In this document: positions 56,529-63,685 of the stretch, piece by piece | How the letters are laid out: each line of letters opens with the position of its first letter | Numbering within the stretch: position 1 is the first letter of the stretch | Origin: Paraspadella gotoi | Taxonomy: Eukaryota > Animalia > Chaetognatha | Length of the DNA stretch: 63,685 nucleotides | NCBI GenBank assembly: GCA_051294375.1 | Contig: CM119266.1 | Location: 7,438,028 to 7,501,712, forward strand | Direction of reading: 5' to 3' | Position numbers and translations under genes: made by a program | The notes under the pieces: model-generated | Databases searched by the model: none | Told to the model about the DNA's origin: nothing | What the model saw: only the letters and a program-made list of their open reading frames with translations

Positions 56529-58104
56529 AGTCCTATCGAATTTTGTTTCGCTCTCTCTCTCGTAAAACAGGCAAAACAAGACTATCCAAGTCAATCGAAT
56601 TAAGACGAGGAATAAAAAATGTTGCGCCGACAGAAAAAAAAAAGGAAAAAAATCAATTAGAAGGAAAAACAGGTTATCAATCACACGAGATGAAAAAAAG
56701 TAGAAAAAAAAAGAAATAGACACATGTAGTACTAACTATAAATGCAACAATGCGGAGACTAATGTATTCTTTGAAATATTATACCAATTCATTTATATGG
56801 AAGCCTCGAGTATACTCTGGGAGTGAATAAACGAGACTGCGAGAGAGTCTTGATTGAAAGCTTGCAGGGACCTGCTATGTCATTATCTTGTAAGAGTGAT
56901 GGAGGCCTTAAACCACCAAAGCCTGTTCAAAGTCAGGGGCAAGATAGCTTTTTTTTATTAAATGAATAGATAATTTTTATATTGTTTGTACCAATTTCAT
57001 ATAATCATGGGAGGGGTCATTTTTTCACTATAGAACCATTCTTTGAAACCTTACATATTGATAAGGAATTGAATAGGTGTTAATAAACGAATTGAATAGG
57101 GGTCAATAGACAAGACTGTGAAAGAGAGACCGGCTATGTCATTATCGTGCAACCACCTTAGTTTGTCCAAAGTCAGGGATATAATAGTTAATTTATTAAA
57201 TTAATGAATAATTTTATATTGGTTAAACCAATTTTATATAATTATCATATACAATTTTTAGTATAGTTAAAGGATAGATGCATCTGAGACAATCAAATTT
57301 GTCCATCCGATTCATTCAAATTTTTGTATTGGTATTGTTTCAAATTTTTATTAAAGAGTCATACTTGAGTCATATTTAATGTTTAACTTAAAATCTAGTA
57401 AGGGGGATGCATCAACACATCGTGAGCGCGCGGTTTCTGCGAAGAGAGAGAGAGAGTGAGAGAGAGAGAGAGAGAAAGAGAGAAGGGGGGATAAAGAATT
57501 ACGATCGCGAGTTAAATTCGGTGACTGGGAAAAGTAAAAAAATATTCACAAGAATGTGAGGGTGACAACGTGAGGGCGTTGAGTCATTGGTTTCCAAAAA
57601 GTTCACGTTGAAATTCATGATGGTGCGGTTCACCCAAGGAGTTTATTGAGTTCAAGAAATTTTATGGCAAGTCGGCTAGTGTTTGTATGTATAGTATAGT
57701 AGTTATTGTATTGTATTGTAAAGTATACGCTTAGTGGTAACCGCTTTGTGCCTAATAGGGATTAATGGATGGAAGATGTAACAAACAAAAATACGGAGCG
57801 GGATAATCGATTGCGAAGTTTCTTTGCTATTTTACAAAACAGACGAAACAGAAAACAAAACAAAAAATAGAAAACGAGTGAAAAAAAAACAAATCTTCTC
57901 TTTATTCGTTTTTCCTTTTTTCGGTTTTCGTTTCAAAAAAACTTCCGATTCAACTTGAGAGAGAAAAAAAGGTTTAGTCTCACAACAACCATGTGGTTCG
58001 TTGAGATCTCAAGGAGGTTCTTAGACCTTGGTAACTTTCCTTTCCTTTCCTTTCCTTTCCTTTCTTTCTTTCTTTTCTTTCTTTCTTTCTTCCTTTCTTT
58101 CTTT

Positions 58105-58136
<32 letters not shown>

Positions 58137-58243
58137 TTTTCTTTCTTTCTTTCTTTCTTTCCTTCCTTTTTGAAAGAAAACAAAAAACAGCGAAAATAGA
58201 GATCAAGTTTCTCTCTCACTCTCCTCTCTCTCTCTCTCTTCTT

Positions 58244-58296
<53 letters not shown>

Positions 58297-58453
58297 TCTC
58301 TCTCTCTCTCATCTCTCTCTCTCTCCATATTCGAGTGTTTCGAGCGGCGGAGTTTATCACGTGACCAGAAAATCGGAATCAAGTGACTCATTTTTTTCTC
58401 CTTTTTTTCTTTCAATAACAATTTGACACAGACACACTGAGTGAAAGAGAGAG

Positions 58454-58535
<82 letters not shown>

Positions 58536-59585
58536 AGAGAGTGGAGAAAGAGATCGCACTAACGCATCGATGGAGCTATTGTGCTTTCTCTGGTCCCGTC
58601 AGAGGGATCTCTCTCCCTCCTCTTCTCTCTCTCTCTCTCTCTCTCTCTAAACTACCTCGCGCCAGAAGGAGGGGGAGGGAGAGAAACTGCAATTAAAGGG
58701 CGACGCCTCCTTTGGCAAGAATTGGACAGAAGGAACAACAAATCGATGAGAGGAAGAGGAGGGGGAAAGGGAAGGAGGAGGAGGAGAAGGAGGAGGAGGG
58801 GAGCGGGGGTATGAGGGGGAGAAGAAGGGAGTAGGGGTGGAAATAATTGAGGGGAGAGCGGGAGTAGGGGGGAGAAGAAGGGAGGGCGGTGTAGGACGAA
58901 TGATGAAAGGAAGTATATTAAAGAGAAAAGAAAGTTAGAATTTATAGCTTCAAGGCTCATTAATTAGAAACATTCTCATAACTTTTCTAAAGTTGGAAAA
59001 CACAAAAGTTGGAAAGATAAAAGTCCATATTAATGAAGCTGATCTTCGAAATATATTTTTTTATAACAAAAACGATATTTACATTATTAAACACAAAAAA
59101 AGAATAACATTGTAAAGCGACTAGAAAACGCTTAACATGTAAACTAAACTGATAACAGATTATAATCTATAACGAATCCGTGCAATATGCGGTCCAGAAA
59201 TTTCAATTAACCTGTCGTCCAACGGGGTAATATCTACCAAATTATATTTTATTATGTTTTCCTCAGTTCTAATTTATGTACTGATATTTTATTCTATTTA
59301 AAAAACGGCTTTTCGTTTTTTTTTTCTCTTAATGTTTATATCTTTAAACTGTAGGCCTTGTCAATTGCTCTCAAATTATCAAATTCGAGAGAGTAATTAT
59401 ACCTTTCAAAAAAAGATAATTCGATATTCCGTTCAAACTATCGACACTCATACAAAAATACCTTAGCCATACTGCAATATGTAAATCTATTTTTGGGGCC
59501 ATTCGAACCGAAGCAAAAGTTTCACAAAGATGGAGAGAGGAAAATTTATGTCGTCAATAGAGGGAAACAGCGGGAGGAACTATGA

Positions 59586-59655
<70 letters not shown>

Positions 59656-62600
59656 AGGAGGAAGAGAGAGAGACAATTCGTCTAGTACCTCCGGGGGTCA
59701 AGAGGAGTCGGACACTGATGGTGACTACGACAACAACAACAACAACAACAACGACGACGACGACGACGACTGCGTCGATCTGGTTCTTCTCAGTTTGAGA
59801 TTTTTTGAGGTCAACTTGTCGTTGAGTCTGAACGCGAATTGTCATCTGAGATTCTCGATTCCATTGTCATCTGGAATTTTCGAATTGATCGTCGTCTGGA
59901 TTGTCAATTTCATTTTTGCGTTTATTGACAAATTAATGTTAAATTCTTATGAAATTTTTACAACCAATATAAAAATCACTTATCCCTATCAATAAAGTGA
60001 TATATTGTTTTTTAACATAGGGCTATTACAATCCCTGACATCAACTATCAACTGATACTATCACAGTCTAGTTCTGAGACTTCCTCCTCACATTCTCTTT
60101 CAATTTACCTTAAGTCTTCCTACATAGACTTCATCGCCCCCTAACAGCCTCTTCTCGTATATATTTATTAAAAATAAAATAAAATAAAATAAAATAAAAT
60201 AAAATTTTTATACTTTATATCTAAGAGAAGACAAAGTTTTATTAGTTGCTACTAATAACGATTTTGACAATAATTAGTTAATAACGCAACGCGAAGAAAG
60301 CCAAAACGAAATGTCTGCTTTACATTATTTTTGTATTCAAAATAATATTTTTATTCGTATTTGTATTTGTATTCACGGATCAATAGAGCAGACGCGCGCG
60401 TGACTCGCCCGACAAAATCACTGACTCGACCGACGAGACTACTGACCCGACACAGTCATTCACCGACCCGAGTGACATCGCCAATGACCCGACGGAGAGA
60501 GTGGTCACCGGGGGCCATGACCTCCGGGAAGAGATAATCCCCTTCGGGAGGGGGGGAGAGACGAGTCACGTCCCGCGGGGAAGGCTCGTCCGTCCGACGG
60601 GGTGATCCTCTTTATCCTTTAGTGATCCTCTATTGATCCTCTTCATGATCCTCTTTATGCTTCTCTTCATCTTTGTGATTCATTTGTTTCACTTAAGTTG
60701 GGGCTTTTTTGTTTACAACAGAAGACTTTTATGGCGCCAGGGTGGGCAGGAGATTGTCCTGGTTGTTTTGCTTGTTGTTTTTGTTGTTGTCATAGTGATT
60801 GTTGTTATTGTGGTTGTTGTATTTATTGAGGTTGATGGTTTTGTCAATTTTTTAAAAAAATAATGTCGTCATTCCCTACATTGTTTTTTGTTGCGCCGCG
60901 AGTACTCGCGGAGCAACTCAATAAGTCGCTTTTCGGTCGGTCGGTCGTCGGTCGGTCGGTCGGTCGGTCGGTCGGTCGTCTCGGTCGTCGTCGGTCGGTC
61001 GGGTCGGGTGTCGGTCGGTCGGTGGTCGGGTCGGTCGTCCCACTTACGTTAAAAATGCTTATTAACTTTCCTTTAGTTTGTTGCTCATTTTTAAAAAATC
61101 AAATAATAAGCAACGACTGGCGCCATCCTTGTTGGTTTTTAAAGAAATTTATAAACTATAAGGAATAATTACATGATAGTAAAAGAAAAGTAATTCGGCG
61201 CAACACCTTGGAATAACCGTTCCTTGTTTTTTTATATTGTGGTTGTTTTTTATTTTTGGTTTGTGTAATTTTTTTTCGATTGTGTTGGTTGTAGCTGTTG
61301 TTGTTGTTGTTGTTGTTTTTGTTGTTGTTATAATTTTTATCTTGTTTGTACTAAATTTATTGCAGGTGTCGGAGTCCTTATATATAAACTCTACTTTTTC
61401 AATTTCAGGTGAAAATCTGGTTTCAAAATCGAAGATCGAAATTTAAAAAGCTGATGAAAAATCCTGATTCTCAATCGAGCGAAGGAGGAATGGAGCTCAA
61501 TCAGGTAGGAGAATGATAACAAGTATTGCTACTACAAAAACGTCATTATCATTAATAACAACAAAATAAACAACAATAACATGAGCAAGATAAATAGCGT
61601 TTAAAATTTATAATTACACCGACAACAACACTTTTTATTTCTACTACAATTAGGTACATTTACAATGACAAATACAGACAATTACTATCGACAGTGTATT
61701 AACTAATCATTAAACAATCAGCCTTAATCACTTGATAAATTCTCCCACCAATCATGAACCAATCAGTCTCGATCAATCAACCAATCTCCAACCAATCGTA
61801 TTCCACCACAATCCCAATTATAAACCCTCACCTTTTCCTTCTCTCTCTCCTTTTCCCAGTCACAGATTTCGGTGAAGGAGGAGGAAGAGGAAGAGGACGA
61901 CGACGACGAGGACCGACGAAGCCTTGGATTATCTCCGACGCGACAACAACAACAACAGCCGCTGCAGCAGCCGCCGCCGCAGCCGCCGCACCCTTTGCGC
62001 GACACCCCGCCGATACTCGATCACCACCCGCCGACCCAACCCGGCCAGCCTCACCCCGCCGGCGTCTCCGTCTCGGCCAGCGCCGCCGGCGCCGCGAGTA
62101 ACCCCTTGGCGCCGCAACAGTCGGGCGGCGCCGCGTCGCCGCTTTCCTCGCAGCCGCCGCCGCTGGTTCCGGCGAATCCTCCTTTGACGCCGTCGTCGTC
62201 GTCGCCTGGCGAAAGCGGCGGCGGCGGCGGCGGCGGTCTCGACAACGCCATCGTGGCTCAACAGCATCAACATCATCCACCGCCGCATCAACATCATCAG
62301 CCGCAGCAATATCCTACCGACACACCGTCGCCGAACGATCCTCGCGCTCTCCACTCTCCGCTCGCTCATCGCGATGGCCCCCCGGTTCAACAGCATCATA
62401 ATCCACACTATTCACTGCAGCAGCAAAGACTACAGCAGCAACAGCAAGAACAAAATATGCTGCTGCAGCATCAGTACCGTCATCCCTCCATGTCGGAAGA
62501 GTCGCTGCCGCAAAACTTTTATCATCCGCAGCAAGATAGTCCACCGCCGCCGCAACCCTCGACGACGCCTTTGCAGCATCAGATGCAGCATCAACATCAC

Positions 62601-62930
62601 TTGTATCAACAGCAACAGCCGCAACACCATCTTCATCAACAGCAACAGCAGCCCAACCACCCTTACGACGCGCTCAAGTCTTCTCCACAACATCACAACA
62701 ACAACGGTCACTCGACGGGTCACTCGACGGGTCATTTTCCGGGTCAATCCACTCCGGGTCACTCTCCATTTTACTCTCACTACCCCTACCATCCCGCAGG
62801 AGGGGGCTATCCTCAGGGTGGAGAGTCGCCCCAGTCGGGCTACGGTCAGCAGGGTTTCGCTCACTGGAGCGGTGGTCATGCTGGGGTGGAGGGGCATCCG
62901 GGTCATTTGGGGCATCAGGTCATGAGTTGA
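52596..62930 (+). CDS. Dlx: Distal-less/Dlx homeobox protein, ~693 aa. Exons 52596-53313, 53953-54149, 61409-61504, 61860(or 61866)-62930
   Basis: Homeodomain [48 protein letters not shown]|[17 protein letters not shown], with the intron at the canonical TQTQ|VKIW position; phases 1,0,0. Confidence 0.96.
53563..53690 (+). repeat. Short interspersed repeat with three copies in Dlx introns (also ~56833-56998 and ~57113-57240)
   Basis: Shared core gactgtgaaag...ctatg(c/t)(t/c)attatcttgtaa.ag.gatggaggcct.aa..ccacc...gaat.gat.a.ttttata.tg. Confidence 0.7.
60884..61230 (+). mobile_element. DINE-1/HINE-like non-autonomous element, copy 2 (Dlx intron 2)
   Basis: T-run, GTTGCGCCGCGAGTACTCGCGGAGCAAC, an expanded (CGGT)n array, then CGGCGCAAC, hairpin GGAATAACCGTTCC and TTGTTTT. 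Confidence 0.78.
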
Positions 62931-62999
62931 GAAGAAATGGTTGTGGTCGAGGTGGAGGGAGTGTTGTGGGCAATGAGTGGAAACTTAATTTAATATTAA

Positions 63000-63227
63000 C
63001 TTAATGTATAACGTTAATCTATTTTGAAAGCTAGAACCTAATCTTTAACCCTGATCCCTAACCCAAATCCCGAACCCATACATAATACTTAACCCAAACC
63101 CTTAGTCCCTTAATCCCTAACCTTCATCACTAACCTAAACCTTAACCTTATTTCTAACATAAAAACTAAATCGATTTCGAATTTAAGATGAAAAGGGGCG
63201 CTTTGGGGAAATATGGCCATGGGGTCA
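63000..63227 (-). mobile_element. Telomere-like-array element (copy 5) just downstream of the Dlx stop
   Basis: Degenerate ccctaa array; the end atttaagatgaaaaggggcgctttggggaaatatggccatggggtca is the reverse-complement homologue of 12848-12905. Confidence 0.65.
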
Positions 63228-63685
63228 AACCTTTCCGGTCATTTCACAATTTTGAAATTTGGAAAAGTCACATTGGTCGTCGCGTCAAACGAAATTATCG
63301 AATTTATACATAAACAATCGGATTAAATTCTTCGTTTATAACCGAGTAACTTATTTTTCAAGCTTGGTTATACCAATTCTCGTTTTAACCTCCGCGTTTC
63401 ATCCTTTCACCTTTAAAAAAATTGGACAATCTACTATTGTAATAGACGTGAGTTCATATGTTTTATGTAATTACTTCATATTTTTGCATCGACAATCCAC
63501 TTTTTTTCTTTCATTTTTTCCTATTAATTTCGGTTATATTTTATGTAAATAAAACGAGAAACTTTTTCGTTGCAAAAATTCCGTTTACCGAATTTTACGT
63601 CAGAGAGAGAAGAAAATACGAAGAGAAGAAAGATAAGAAAGATAGAGAAAAAAAAAGGAATAGAATAGAGAAGTGAATAAAAAAA

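Noticed and set aside
55309-60863. ORFs inside Dlx intron 2 as a nested gene
   Set aside because: All derive from (AG)n, (TTTC)n, (GAC)n or (GTT)n repeats; no domain or phase-consistent exon chain.

Overview
Eukaryotic (animal, probably spiralian) genomic DNA. Introns and intergenic regions are AT-rich and dense in (AG)n, (GTC/GAC)n and (ATTC)n microsatellites, exons are GC/CpG-rich, and there are four N-gaps. Manual splicing, with intron phase checked at every junction, gives seven genes. Minus strand: (1) the 5' half of a Nav1-type voltage-gated sodium channel with a ~375-aa N-terminal extension; (2) a secreted Gly/Pro/Arg-rich protein with three 8-Cys WAP-like repeats; (3) a very divergent 7-exon class A GPCR whose helices are partly poly-Val encoded by (GTC)n; (4) an APGWamide neuropeptide precursor; (5) a complete lectin-type contactin, which appears to lie inside the same-strand intron of the APGWamide gene. 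Plus strand: (6) an ephexin-like DH-PH-SH3 protein with a degenerate DH domain; (7) a long Distal-less/Dlx gene. The region ~25.9-44.3 kb is duplicated and inverted around N-gaps with scattered 1-nt indels and is probably an assembly artefact. Several small interspersed repeat families and two GC-rich hairpin-forming islands are also present. The best candidate for a novel system is the APGWamide/contactin same-strand nesting, together with a cluster of U1-mimic motifs and the adjacent orphan GPCR. All gene models are hand-derived and need transcript confirmation.
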